NCBI RefSeq assembly: GCF_044324785.1
Contig: NZ_CP172127.1
From: Escherichia coli
Lineage (GTDB): Bacteria; Pseudomonadota; Gammaproteobacteria; Enterobacterales; Enterobacteriaceae
Reading direction: 5' to 3' (one strand)
Length of the DNA: 64,000 nt
This document shows, piece after piece, positions 11,118 to 20,905 of this stretch. Position 1 is the first letter of the stretch. Every line of letters begins with the position of its first letter. Under the pieces are notes generated by a model. It saw only the letters and a program-made list of their open reading frames with translations. It ran no database searches and had not been told where the DNA came from. The position numbers were made by a program, and so were the translations under genes.

Positions 11118-12053
11118 ATGTCGCAAAATCAAGAAATTAGTAAGAAAGAACAATACAACCTGAACAAATTACAAAAACGTCTGCGTCGTAACGTGGGCGA
11201 AGCCATTGCTGACTTCAATATGATTGAAGAAGGCGATCGCATCATGGTTTGCCTCTCCGGGGGTAAAGACAGCTATACCATGCTGGAGATTCTGCGCAAT
11301 TTGCAGCAAAGCGCGCCAATCAATTTTTCGCTGGTGGCTGTTAACCTCGATCAAAAGCAACCGGGCTTCCCGGAACACGTTCTGCCCGAGTATCTTGAAA
11401 AGCTGGGCGTTGAGTACAAGATTGTTGAAGAGAACACTTACGGTATCGTGAAAGAGAAAATTCCAGAGGGCAAAACCACTTGCTCACTGTGTTCTCGCCT
11501 GCGTCGCGGTATCCTTTATCGTACCGCAACGGAACTAGGGGCGACGAAGATCGCACTGGGTCACCATCGTGACGATATCCTGCAAACGCTGTTCTTAAAT
11601 ATGTTCTACGGTGGCAAGATGAAAGGTATGCCTCCGAAACTGATGAGCGATGATGGCAAACATATCGTGATTCGTCCGCTGGCCTACTGCCGCGAGAAAG
11701 ATATTCAGCGCTTTGCCGATGCAAAAGCGTTCCCGATTATTCCGTGCAACCTGTGCGGTTCACAGCCTAACCTGCAACGTCAGGTAATTGCTGACATGTT
11801 GCGTGACTGGGATAAACGTTATCCGGGGCGTATCGAGACGATGTTCAGCGCAATGCAGAATGTGGTGCCGTCGCATCTGTGCGATACCAACCTGTTCGAT
11901 TTCAAAGGCATTACCCACGGTTCTGAAGTGGTTAACGGGGGTGATCTGGCGTTTGATCGCGAAGAGATCCCACTACAACCGGCGGGCTGGCAGCCAGAAG
12001 AAGATGAAAATCAGTTGGATGAGTTACGACTGAATGTGGTTGAAGTGAAATAA
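11118..12053 (+). CDS. ttcA: tRNA 2-thiocytidine(32) synthetase TtcA, uninterrupted
   Basis: 311-aa ORF with the PP-loop SGGKDS and CxxC pairs (CSLCSRL, CNLCGSQ). Full length, with no prophage junction. Confidence 0.95.
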   Translation: MSQNQEISKKEQYNLNKLQKRLRRNVGEAIADFNMIEEGDRIMVCLSGGKDSYTMLEILRNLQQSAPINFSLVAVNLDQKQPGFPEHVLPEYLEKLGVEYKIVEENTYGIVKEKIPEGKTTCSLCSRLRRGILYRTATELGATKIALGHHRDDILQTLFLNMFYGGKMKGMPPKLMSDDGKHIVIRPLAYCREKDIQRFADAKAFPIIPCNLCGSQPNLQRQVIADMLRDWDKRYPGRIETMFSAMQNVVPSHLCDTNLFDFKGITHGSEVVNGGDLAFDREEIPLQPAGWQPEEDENQLDELRLNVVEVK

Positions 12054-12061
12054 CCAGGATA

Positions 12062-12135
12062 GCGCCCGATGCGCAAGCGTATCGGGCTACTCTTATGGAG
12101 GCCGGATAAGACGCGGCCAGCGTCGCGTCCGGCAA
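12062..12135. repeat. REP/BIME palindromic units between the convergent ttcA and dbpA
   Basis: Two imperfect palindromes of REP type: GCCCGATGCGCAAGCGTATCGGGC and GCCGGATAAGACGCGGCCAGCGTCGCGTCCGGC. Confidence 0.75.
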
Positions 12136-12181
12136 TCCCGGAGAAGATGTTTACTCTTGCACCCTGCGATTCAACATTTCA

Positions 12182-13555
12182 TTATTTTAATAACCGCACC
12201 CGGCACGTTTTTCCTTTAATCTTCCCGCCCTGCAACTGTTTCCATGCTTTATGAGCAACAGCCTGACGCACCGCGACATAGACATGCGCCGGATGCACGG
12301 CGATTTTGCCAATATCTGCGCCATCAAGCCCGATATCTCCTGTCAGCGCACCTAATACATCACCCGGGCGCATTTTGGCTTTTTTCCCGCCATCGATACA
12401 TAACGTTGCCATTTCGGCTTCCAGCGGCACAATGGAACTATTAACTGGCGGCGTTTGCCAGTTAAGTTTTATCTGCAACATGTCAGAAATGATATTGGCC
12501 CGCTGTGCTTCTTCCGGGGCACAGAAACTGATCGCCAGACCGCTATTTCCTGCACGCGCTGTGCGACCGATGCGATGTACATGAACTTCAGGATCCCACG
12601 CCAGCTCAAAGTTCACCACCAGCTCAAGCGATTTAATATCCAGACCTCGCGCAGCAACATCAGTCGCAACCAGTACACGGGCGCTACCGTTAGCAAAACG
12701 TACCAGGGTCTGATCGCGATCGCGTTGCTCCAGATCGCCGTGTAACGACAATGCACTTTGCCCTACTTCATTCAGCGCGTCGCAGACAGCCTGGCAATCT
12801 TTTTTGGTATTGCAAAACACCACACAAGAGGATGGCTGATGCAAGCTTAATAACCGTTGCAACAGAGGAATTTTGCCTTTACTGGATGTCTCATAAAATT
12901 GTTGTTCAATGGGTGGCAAAGCATCTGTTGAGTCAATTTCAATCGCCAAAGGATCGCGTTGCACTCGTCCGCTGATTGCGGCGATGGCTTCCGGCCAGGT
13001 TGCCGAAAACAGAAGCGTCTGTCGAGATGCAGGCGCAAAACGGATGACATCATCAATGGCATCGCTAAATCCCATATCCAGCATGCGGTCGGCCTCATCC
13101 ATCACCAAAGTATTCAGCGCATCCAGTGATACCGTGCCTTTTTGCAAGTGATCCAGCAAACGACCCGGCGTTGCCACGATAATATGCGGCGCATGTTGCA
13201 ACGAATCACGCTGCAAACCGAACGGTTGACCACCGCACAACGTCAAAATTTTGGTATTTGGCAGAAAACGCGCCAACCGACGCAATTCACCTGCCACCTG
13301 ATCCGCCAGTTCACGCGTAGGACACAGCACTAAAGCCTGGGTTTGAAATAGCGACGCATCAATTTGCTGTAACAAGCCGAGGCCAAAAGCCGCCGTTTTG
13401 CCGCTGCCGGTTTTCGCCTGCACGCGAACATCTTTTCCGGCAAGGATCGCCGGAAGCGCGGCGGCCTGCACCGGCGTCATGGTTAAATAACCCAACTCAT
13501 TAAGGTTCGTGAGTTGGGCGGGAGGCAAAACATTCAGGGTAGAAAAAGCGGTCAC
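12182..13555 (-). CDS. dbpA: DEAD-box RNA helicase DbpA (23S rRNA hairpin 92 dependent)
   Basis: 457-aa ORF with Walker A AKTGSGKT, the DEAD box (VMDEADRM), SAT and HRIGRTAR motifs. The start codon is GTG at 13555. Confidence 0.95.
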   Translation of the reverse strand: MTAFSTLNVLPPAQLTNLNELGYLTMTPVQAAALPAILAGKDVRVQAKTGSGKTAAFGLGLLQQIDASLFQTQALVLCPTRELADQVAGELRRLARFLPNTKILTLCGGQPFGLQRDSLQHAPHIIVATPGRLLDHLQKGTVSLDALNTLVMDEADRMLDMGFSDAIDDVIRFAPASRQTLLFSATWPEAIAAISGRVQRDPLAIEIDSTDALPPIEQQFYETSSKGKIPLLQRLLSLHQPSSCVVFCNTKKDCQAVCDALNEVGQSALSLHGDLEQRDRDQTLVRFANGSARVLVATDVAARGLDIKSLELVVNFELAWDPEVHVHRIGRTARAGNSGLAISFCAPEEAQRANIISDMLQIKLNWQTPPVNSSIVPLEAEMATLCIDGGKKAKMRPGDVLGALTGDIGLDGADIGKIAVHPAHVYVAVRQAVAHKAWKQLQGGKIKGKTCRVRLLK

Positions 13556-13584
13556 AATCTATTCTCGTGGTCATCGACGCAAAG

Positions 13585-13758
13585 TTAGCAGGCGCGTATC
13601 CTCGCAGATCTACGCTCACGATGCGACAATTTAATCGGTTCTTCATCGGGTGGTGGGTCAGGCATGGGTTGCGGGCGAGGGATTGGATCGGGCACAGGAA
13701 CAGGATCGCCAGGAATCGGTTCAGGGACAGGAATTTGCAAATAAATAAGTGTCGTCAT
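13585..13758 (-). CDS. Hypothetical 57-aa proline-rich small protein / possible dbpA leader ORF
   Basis: Hand translation gives MTTLIYLQIPVPEPIPGDPVPVPDPIPRPQPMPDPPPDEEPIKLSHRERRSARIRAC*. The ATG is preceded by GGAGGGAAAT (strong SD, good spacing). The ORF ends 29 nt before the dbpA GTG. It is below the 60-aa cutoff of the ORF track. I recognise no homolog. Confidence 0.4.
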   Translation of the reverse strand: MTTLIYLQIPVPEPIPGDPVPVPDPIPRPQPMPDPPPDEEPIKLSHRERRSARIRAC

Positions 13759-13815
13759 ATTTCCCTCCGGTCATTGGGTGGACTCTTAAAGGGTAGACGC
13801 TGATAAATAACAGGC

Positions 13816-13843
13816 AAAAAAAAGCCGACTCATCAAAGTCGGC
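13816..13843 (-). terminator. Intrinsic terminator on the minus strand, about 190 nt downstream of zntB
   Basis: The minus strand reads GCCGACT-ttgatg-AGTCGGC followed by TTTTTTTT (A8 run at 13816-13823 on the plus strand). Confidence 0.7.
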
Positions 13844-14032
13844 GTCGTACGAATCAATTGTGCTATGCAGTAATTCAAAAAAGGAAGTAAGACAATATGG
13901 AGCGCAACGCCCATCGCTTGACGTTGCATTCACCTGCAAGGGAGATATTGCCCTGAATGGGTAGAGAGTTTATTGACTTCGCTCAAACTTTGCGGCGTTT
14001 TTGTATACAGACAGCCGGAAAAATTGCTTTTG

Positions 14033-15037
<1,005 letters not shown>

Positions 15038-15270
15038 TTATTTTGTAGTCTAGCCTTCTGGCCCTGTTACGCAACATCTCATCACCCCATTACCCTGAAA
15101 TGATTAATAAAATTCTGTCTAAATTGAATACAAAAAGCAAAATGCTTTTCCATATACAAACCGTGTGAAGTGTTAAATAGCGTCTATCATTATCAGAATT
15201 ATCTGATCATATGACGTGGCTTTTTTGCGATCGGATAGCAACAAAAATTGATAAAAATAATGGGATCTCA

Positions 15271-16503
15271 ATGATTACGCACAACTTCAATACCCTGGAC
15301 TTACTCACCAGTCCTGTCTGGATCGTTTCGCCCTTTGAGGAACAGTTAATTTATGCCAATAGCGCGGCGCGACTGTTGATGCAAGACCTCACGTTTAGTC
15401 AGCTACGAACCGGTCCCTATTCCGTCTCCTCACAAAAAGAACTGCCAAAATACCTCTCCGATCTGCAAAACCAACACGATATTATCGAAATCCTCACCGT
15501 TCAGCGCAATGAAGAGGAAACAGCATTGAGCTGTCGGCTTGTTTTGCGAAAGCTGACAGAAGCAGAACCGGTGATTATTTTCGAAGGTATCGAAGCACCG
15601 GCAACGCTGGGTTTAAAAGCCAGTCGCTCGGCAAATTATCAGCGCAAAAAACAAGGTTTTTATGCGCGCTTTTTTCTGACTAACTCTGCACCAATGTTGT
15701 TGATTGACCCGTCACGAGATGGACAAATCGTCGATGCTAACCTCGCCGCGCTCAATTTCTATGGTTATAACCATGAAACGATGTGCCAGAAACATACCTG
15801 GGAAATAAATATGCTCGGGCGTCGCGTCATGCCTATCATGCATGAAATCTCGCATTTACCCGGTGGTCATAAGCCTTTGAATTTTATTCATAGGCTGGCG
15901 GATGGTTCGACTCGTCATGTGCAGACCTATGCCGGTCCGATTGAAATTTATGGCGACAAGCTCATGTTATGTATTGTGCATGATATTACTGAGCAAAAAC
16001 GGCTGGAGGAGCAGCTGGAACATGCTGCCCACCATGACGCGATGACAGGATTACTGAATCGGCGACAGTTTTATCACATTACCGAGCCAGGCCAAATGCA
16101 GCACCTCGCCATCGCCCAGGATTACAGCTTGTTGCTCATCGACACCGATCGTTTTAAACACATTAACGATCTCTATGGGCATTCTAAAGGTGATGAGGTG
16201 TTATGCGCCCTCGCCCGCACTCTCGAAAGTTGCGCTCGCAAAGGCGATTTGGTGTTTCGTTGGGGAGGCGAAGAGTTTGTCTTATTGCTACCAAGAACCC
16301 CACTGGATACCGCGCTTTCGCTGGCTGAAACTATCCGCGTAAGCGTGACAAAAGTGAGTATTTCGGGCTTACCACGCTTTACCGTCAGCATTGGTGTGGC
16401 GCATCACGAAGGAAATGAAAGCATCGATGAACTGTTTAAACGCGTTGATGATGCTTTGTATCGGGCGAAAAATGATGGACGCAACCGCGTGCTGGCGGCA
16501 TAA
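15271..16503 (+). CDS. dgcM: Diguanylate cyclase DgcM (YdaM), PAS-PAS-GGDEF
   Basis: The ATG at 15271 gives MITHNFNTLDLLTSPVWIVSPFEE... and the 410-aa K-12 length. The GGEEF active-site motif is present (RWGGEEFVLLLP). Confidence 0.93.
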   Translation: MITHNFNTLDLLTSPVWIVSPFEEQLIYANSAARLLMQDLTFSQLRTGPYSVSSQKELPKYLSDLQNQHDIIEILTVQRNEEETALSCRLVLRKLTEAEPVIIFEGIEAPATLGLKASRSANYQRKKQGFYARFFLTNSAPMLLIDPSRDGQIVDANLAALNFYGYNHETMCQKHTWEINMLGRRVMPIMHEISHLPGGHKPLNFIHRLADGSTRHVQTYAGPIEIYGDKLMLCIVHDITEQKRLEEQLEHAAHHDAMTGLLNRRQFYHITEPGQMQHLAIAQDYSLLLIDTDRFKHINDLYGHSKGDEVLCALARTLESCARKGDLVFRWGGEEFVLLLPRTPLDTALSLAETIRVSVTKVSISGLPRFTVSIGVAHHEGNESIDELFKRVDDALYRAKNDGRNRVLAA

Positions 16504-16523
16504 GCCGCGGATGCGTCTCGAGA

Positions 16524-17087
16524 TCAACGACTGCGCTTAGCGTGGCGCTCCCAGTTTTCTTGCTTCGCCTGCGCCGTTTTACGTAGTGCGACGTAACACG
16601 CCCCGCTGCCGCCATGATGCGGTAGCGCGGTGCAATATGCCTGAACATCATCAAATTCGGTCAGCCAGCGCGCCACATAGCTGCGGACAATATTGGCATG
16701 CGATTTATCATCCCGCCCTTTACCATGAATAATCAGCACGTTACGCAAACCATCCGCCAGGGCTTGTTGAATAAAACTGAACACCATTTTGCGGCACTCT
16801 TCCACCGGCTGGCGCAAAAGATTCAGGCTCGCCTGTTGCGGATATTTACCACTGCGCAGCTTATCCAGCACCCCATGTTGCAACCCTTCCCGCCGAAACT
16901 CCAGCGGCTGACTTAGTGGGATGATGTCGAGAAATCCGGTGGTGAGGAAATTATCAAGCTGCAGCGTGTCGATACGCTGCGGCGCACGTTGGTTACGCGT
17001 TGGATGCCAGTGGACATCGGTAGCACGTTTCAGCGGCTGGACATCTTCCATGGCGTCAAGAAACAGCGATTTGTCGTCAAGGTTCAT
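16524..17087 (-). CDS. smrA: Smr-domain DNA endonuclease SmrA (YdaL)
   Basis: 187-aa ORF MNLDDKSLFLDAMEDVQPLKR... with an Smr-domain core (LIIHGKG). Confidence 0.9.
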   Translation of the reverse strand: MNLDDKSLFLDAMEDVQPLKRATDVHWHPTRNQRAPQRIDTLQLDNFLTTGFLDIIPLSQPLEFRREGLQHGVLDKLRSGKYPQQASLNLLRQPVEECRKMVFSFIQQALADGLRNVLIIHGKGRDDKSHANIVRSYVARWLTEFDDVQAYCTALPHHGGSGACYVALRKTAQAKQENWERHAKRSR

Positions 17088-17281
17088 GTAACCTCCTATG
17101 CACCTTCACACGTCGTGATTCAGACGGGTTAATTGTTCATACTTACTGCATCGTTCCCTTCACAGATTGAAACAATACTCTACTTCATACCTGTGAGTAT
17201 CTGCGCAGGCGGGGCATTTTATACTAGCCTGTTAGCAGTATCGAACAGTTTAGCCCGAGTTTAATTCAGCACAGGCTCCGA

Positions 17282-18796
17282 TCAGGATGATTTATTCATA
17301 GCAGGAACCAACAAAAATGCGATAAATAACAGACCACTGATTAGCAGAAAGGTATCCGAAAATGCCATAGTTTGCGCCTCCCTCAGCATCAATTGACTTA
17401 ATAATTTGGTTGAAGCCAGTATTTCCGATGTCTGGTCACTTCCACTGCGATTAAAAAACAAAGCACTTCTGGAAATGAAGTCATTCACCGTATGGGGAAC
17501 AGAAACCATTTTTTCACCCATTCTCGAAAAATGAAAATTAGTTCGATTATTGAGAATAGAGCCACACAGGGCAATACCAATCGCGCCCCCAAGATTACGT
17601 GTTAAATTAAATACACCAGAGGCTAACTTCAGCCGTTCTTTTGGAATTCCCCCCAGCGTTAATGTTACGATGGGGGCCATCGCAAACTGCTGCGAAATCC
17701 CTCTAATTGCCTGTGGAAACAGTAACTCCTGCCATCCCCATTCGTGGGTTATCGGGGTAAAAAGATACATTGAAAACACAAATCCACCCAGCCCCGCCAT
17801 CAACAGCCATCGCAGATTTATTTTTTTACTTAACCAGAAGTAAAAGGGAACAGAAAATAACTGGAAAATACCTGTTGTGCAAACGGCAAAACCTATCTCT
17901 TCGGCATTTAATCCGCGAACCTGCCCCAAAAACACAGGTATTAAATATACAGTAGAGAATATCCCAACCCCTCCAGAAAAAGAAAAAAAACATCCCAGCG
18001 TGAAATTTTTATCCTTAAAAGCATGAAGATCCATTATCGGATTGGATATTGTAAGTGTACGCACAGCAAATAAAATAAAACTCACCAATGCCAGAACTGA
18101 TGTCAGCAAAATAGTATTATCATCCAGCCATCCCCAGCGCGCTCCTTCTTCAACGGTATATTCCAGACATCCCAGTGTCATGGCCAACAGGATAATACTC
18201 GGATAATCAGCAACTTTCAGTAAAGAGAGATCAGGTTTATCAAAATTAACCAGAAAAGGAATACTCAAAACTAAATATATGCCAGGTAATATATTGATAT
18301 AAAATAGCCATCGCCAGTCGAGATTATCAGTGATCCAGCCCCCCAGAGTTGGCCCTAGCGTCGGTGACAGTGAGGCCAGCGCACTGACTACCGCAGCAGC
18401 CAACCCCAGCTCTTTACCCTGGTAATAAATAAACGCCGTCGTGAAAACTAAAGGGATCATGGATGCGCCAGCCGCTCCCTGTAAAGCACGAAACAAAATC
18501 ATGATCTGAATATTCCATGCAAGTCCACACGCGATACTCATTAAAGTAAATATTCCCGCGGATAGAGTAAAAAGCCAACGAGTGGAAAATACCCGTGACA
18601 GCCACCCAGAGAGCGGAATAACAATAATCTCAGCAATTAAATAGCTGGTCTGAAGCCAGGCCATTTCGTCTTTACCTGCGGACAGACCACCACCTATTTC
18701 ATTTAGGGATGACGATACAATTTGAATATCAAGCTGAGCAATAAATAATCCCATACACATACTGGCGAAAGCAATATGTTTACGCATAGACATCAT
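17282..18796 (-). CDS. MFS drug:H+ antiporter, DHA2 (EmrB/QacA-like, ~14 TMS)
   Basis: 504-aa, highly hydrophobic ORF. The N-terminal region LDIQIVSSSLNEIGGGLSAGKDEMAWLQTSYLIAEIIVIPLSGWLS resembles the EmrB/EmrY signature. Its ATG overlaps the upstream stop (ATGA), suggesting translational coupling. Confidence 0.85.
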   Translation of the reverse strand: MMSMRKHIAFASMCMGLFIAQLDIQIVSSSLNEIGGGLSAGKDEMAWLQTSYLIAEIIVIPLSGWLSRVFSTRWLFTLSAGIFTLMSIACGLAWNIQIMILFRALQGAAGASMIPLVFTTAFIYYQGKELGLAAAVVSALASLSPTLGPTLGGWITDNLDWRWLFYINILPGIYLVLSIPFLVNFDKPDLSLLKVADYPSIILLAMTLGCLEYTVEEGARWGWLDDNTILLTSVLALVSFILFAVRTLTISNPIMDLHAFKDKNFTLGCFFSFSGGVGIFSTVYLIPVFLGQVRGLNAEEIGFAVCTTGIFQLFSVPFYFWLSKKINLRWLLMAGLGGFVFSMYLFTPITHEWGWQELLFPQAIRGISQQFAMAPIVTLTLGGIPKERLKLASGVFNLTRNLGGAIGIALCGSILNNRTNFHFSRMGEKMVSVPHTVNDFISRSALFFNRSGSDQTSEILASTKLLSQLMLREAQTMAFSDTFLLISGLLFIAFLLVPAMNKSS

Positions 18797-19824
18797 CTCT
18801 CATCAACACTGACGGTGACGGACAGTCCCGGGCGAAGAAGTTGCTTTAATTCCTTTGCGTCGTCAAATGCAATCCGTACCGGGACACGCTGAACAATTTT
18901 GGTGAAATTGCCAGTGGCATTTTCTATCGGAATCAAGCTGAAACTGGCTCCTGTCGCTGGGGAAAGGCTTTCAATGTGACCGTGAAACACTTCCCCTTTG
19001 AGAATATCAGCACGGATCTCAGCCTTCATTCCTGGCTTCATTCCCGCTATTTGGTTTTCTTTATAATTTGCATCAACCCACAACTCACTGACTGGTACTA
19101 GTGAAACTAACGATGTGCCGCCTTCCACCCAACTGCCTGTATGGGCGCTGCGGTTTGCGACAATGCCATCAATCGGCGCACGAACAAGGGTATATTCCAG
19201 ATCCAGTAGTGCCTGAGTCAAAGCGGCCTGAACTTCTTCGATACTTGCACGTACGTTTTCTTCCTGAGCAGATAAAACTGCCAGCCGTTGCTTCTCCACC
19301 ATGAAATCGTTCGCGGCTTTGCGCTCCTTTGCTGCGACCTGCTGGTAGTCAAACCTGGCGTTATCAATAATTTGTTGCGATATTGCCGCTGATTGTGCGA
19401 GTTTTTCATAACGTTCAGTATCTCGCAGGCGCTTTTGCTCCTCATGTTTTACTGCCTGCCATGTTTCACTGGCACTTTGAATTATCGACTGCTGCATCGC
19501 AATAGTGGCTTGAATGCTTTCGAGATTGGCTTTGCTACTTTTTATTTTTGCCTCAAGCCTGGCGACATTTGCACGATAATCCCGATCATCGAGACGCAGG
19601 ATAATATCGCCTTTTTTTACGCTCTGATTATCGCGCACCTCTATAGCAGAAATATAACCAGAAACTTTACTTGCCACCGTGGTGATATTACCACCAATGT
19701 AAGCATCATCCGTCGTCTGTATAAATCTTCCTTTGCTTACCCACCAGATAAAAAAGACAACGCCAGCCAAAATAATACCGATCGCTACCACCCCAATAAG
19801 CTGTTTTTTAGAAATTATCATCAC
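18793..19824 (-). CDS. HlyD/EmrA-family periplasmic adaptor (membrane fusion protein)
   Basis: 343-aa ORF with an N-terminal TM anchor, then TDDAYIGGNITTVASKVSGYISAIEVRDNQSVKKGDIILRLDDRDY (biotinyl-lipoyl-like hairpin typical of EmrA) and a long coiled-coil middle. Confidence 0.85.
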   Translation of the reverse strand: MMIISKKQLIGVVAIGIILAGVVFFIWWVSKGRFIQTTDDAYIGGNITTVASKVSGYISAIEVRDNQSVKKGDIILRLDDRDYRANVARLEAKIKSSKANLESIQATIAMQQSIIQSASETWQAVKHEEQKRLRDTERYEKLAQSAAISQQIIDNARFDYQQVAAKERKAANDFMVEKQRLAVLSAQEENVRASIEEVQAALTQALLDLEYTLVRAPIDGIVANRSAHTGSWVEGGTSLVSLVPVSELWVDANYKENQIAGMKPGMKAEIRADILKGEVFHGHIESLSPATGASFSLIPIENATGNFTKIVQRVPVRIAFDDAKELKQLLRPGLSVTVSVDER

Positions 19825-19917
19825 TCTTTACACCGTATATATCCGGAAACTTGCATTCGTCATATTTAAAATTTAACATGGCTTATTTGATGATTTCTGA
19901 CAAAATACCTACTGTAA

Positions 19918-20733
19918 ATGACAATCACACTGCAACCCAAAGCATCACCAGGGCATCACATTATCGGACTGGATTCGGAACATCTGAATGGAGGCACAGT
20001 TCCCTGGCATAAACATCTCTATGCCCAGTTGCTTTACCCGGCTGAAGGAGTCGTTCGTGTATGGGCTGGAGAAAGCGTCTGGCTAGTCCATGCCAGCAGC
20101 GCGCTTTGGCTGCCCCCACAAATGCCGCATAAGTTTGTTGCGACAGGCAACGTACTTTTAAAAACCGTACTGGTTTCAGAAGCGGAAAGTGAAACGCTGG
20201 GAAAAGTTTGCTTCATGACGGGTATTTCACCCCTGTTAAGAGAATTACTAATTGCAATTAACCAACTTCCACCGTCGCAAAGTACCACAGATAAACAACA
20301 GTTACGTTTTTCAGCCCTCGAGACACTGATACTTCAGGAAATAAAAATGGGGGTGAAAATGTCACTTGAACTCCCTTGGCCAAATGATGAGCGGCTACAG
20401 CAGCTTTGTGAGAATTTGCTAAACAACCAAGGGTATCTACCAACACTGGATAATCTAGCGGATAAAATTAACGTCAGTAGCCGTACACTCATGCGCTTAT
20501 TTGTTAAAGAGACGGGATTAACATTTCGCCACTGGGTTCAGCAAATGCACGTTATTTCTGCAGTGACGCTTCTTGATGATGGATATTCGTTGACCAAAAT
20601 TGCCCATCGTCTGGGCTATGCCTCAGCTGAATCGTTCGGCAATATGTTTAAGCGTCGAACGGGCTACTCGCCCGGTAAATTTACTCGTCGATTAACGATG
20701 CATGATTATGCAATCACAAGACAAATGATTTAA
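19918..20733 (+). CDS. AraC/XylS-family transcription regulator (N-terminal cupin-like sensor + C-terminal double HTH)
   Basis: 271-aa ORF. The C-terminus LADKINVSSRTLMRLFVKETGLTFRHWVQQMHVISAVTLLDDGYSLTKIAHRLGYASAESFGNMFKRRTGYSPGKF is a typical AraC HTH_18 region. It is divergent from the efflux pair across a 93-bp intergenic region. Confidence 0.85.
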   Translation: MTITLQPKASPGHHIIGLDSEHLNGGTVPWHKHLYAQLLYPAEGVVRVWAGESVWLVHASSALWLPPQMPHKFVATGNVLLKTVLVSEAESETLGKVCFMTGISPLLRELLIAINQLPPSQSTTDKQQLRFSALETLILQEIKMGVKMSLELPWPNDERLQQLCENLLNNQGYLPTLDNLADKINVSSRTLMRLFVKETGLTFRHWVQQMHVISAVTLLDDGYSLTKIAHRLGYASAESFGNMFKRRTGYSPGKFTRRLTMHDYAITRQMI

Positions 20734-20803
20734 CTTATATTTTCGTGAAATCTGTCACTGAAGAAAATTGGCAACGGATGGGTAAAACCGTTATAACACT
20801 GTC

Positions 20804-20897
20804 ACCGGTCACCAGGACCCCAGGCCGGATTTAAGACGAGGATGCACTGCTGTGTGTACTGTAGAGTCTGGCGGATGTCGACAGACTCTATTTTTTT
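20804..20897 (+). ncRNA. mcaS: McaS (IsrA) sRNA, variant allele
   Basis: ...GGATTTAAGACGAGGATGCACTGCTGTGTGTACTGTAGAGTCTGGCGGATGTCGACAGACTCTATTTTTTT matches remembered McaS, including the terminator hairpin (AGAGTCTG...CAGACTCT + T7). A TATAAC -10-like hexamer lies about 7 nt upstream of 20804. It is adjacent to abgR as in K-12. The 5' end is approximate. Confidence 0.78.
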
Positions 20898-20905
20898 ATG
20901 CAGTT

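Noticed and set aside
13567-13939. Track ORFs 13567-13803 (+, 78 aa) and 13721-13939 (-, 72 aa) in the dbpA-zntB spacer.
   Set aside because: The plus-strand ORF is the antisense shadow of the proline-rich ORF (a Gly/Trp/Arg-rich mirror). The minus-strand ORF spans an intrinsic terminator hairpin and lacks an SD. Neither has recognisable similarity.
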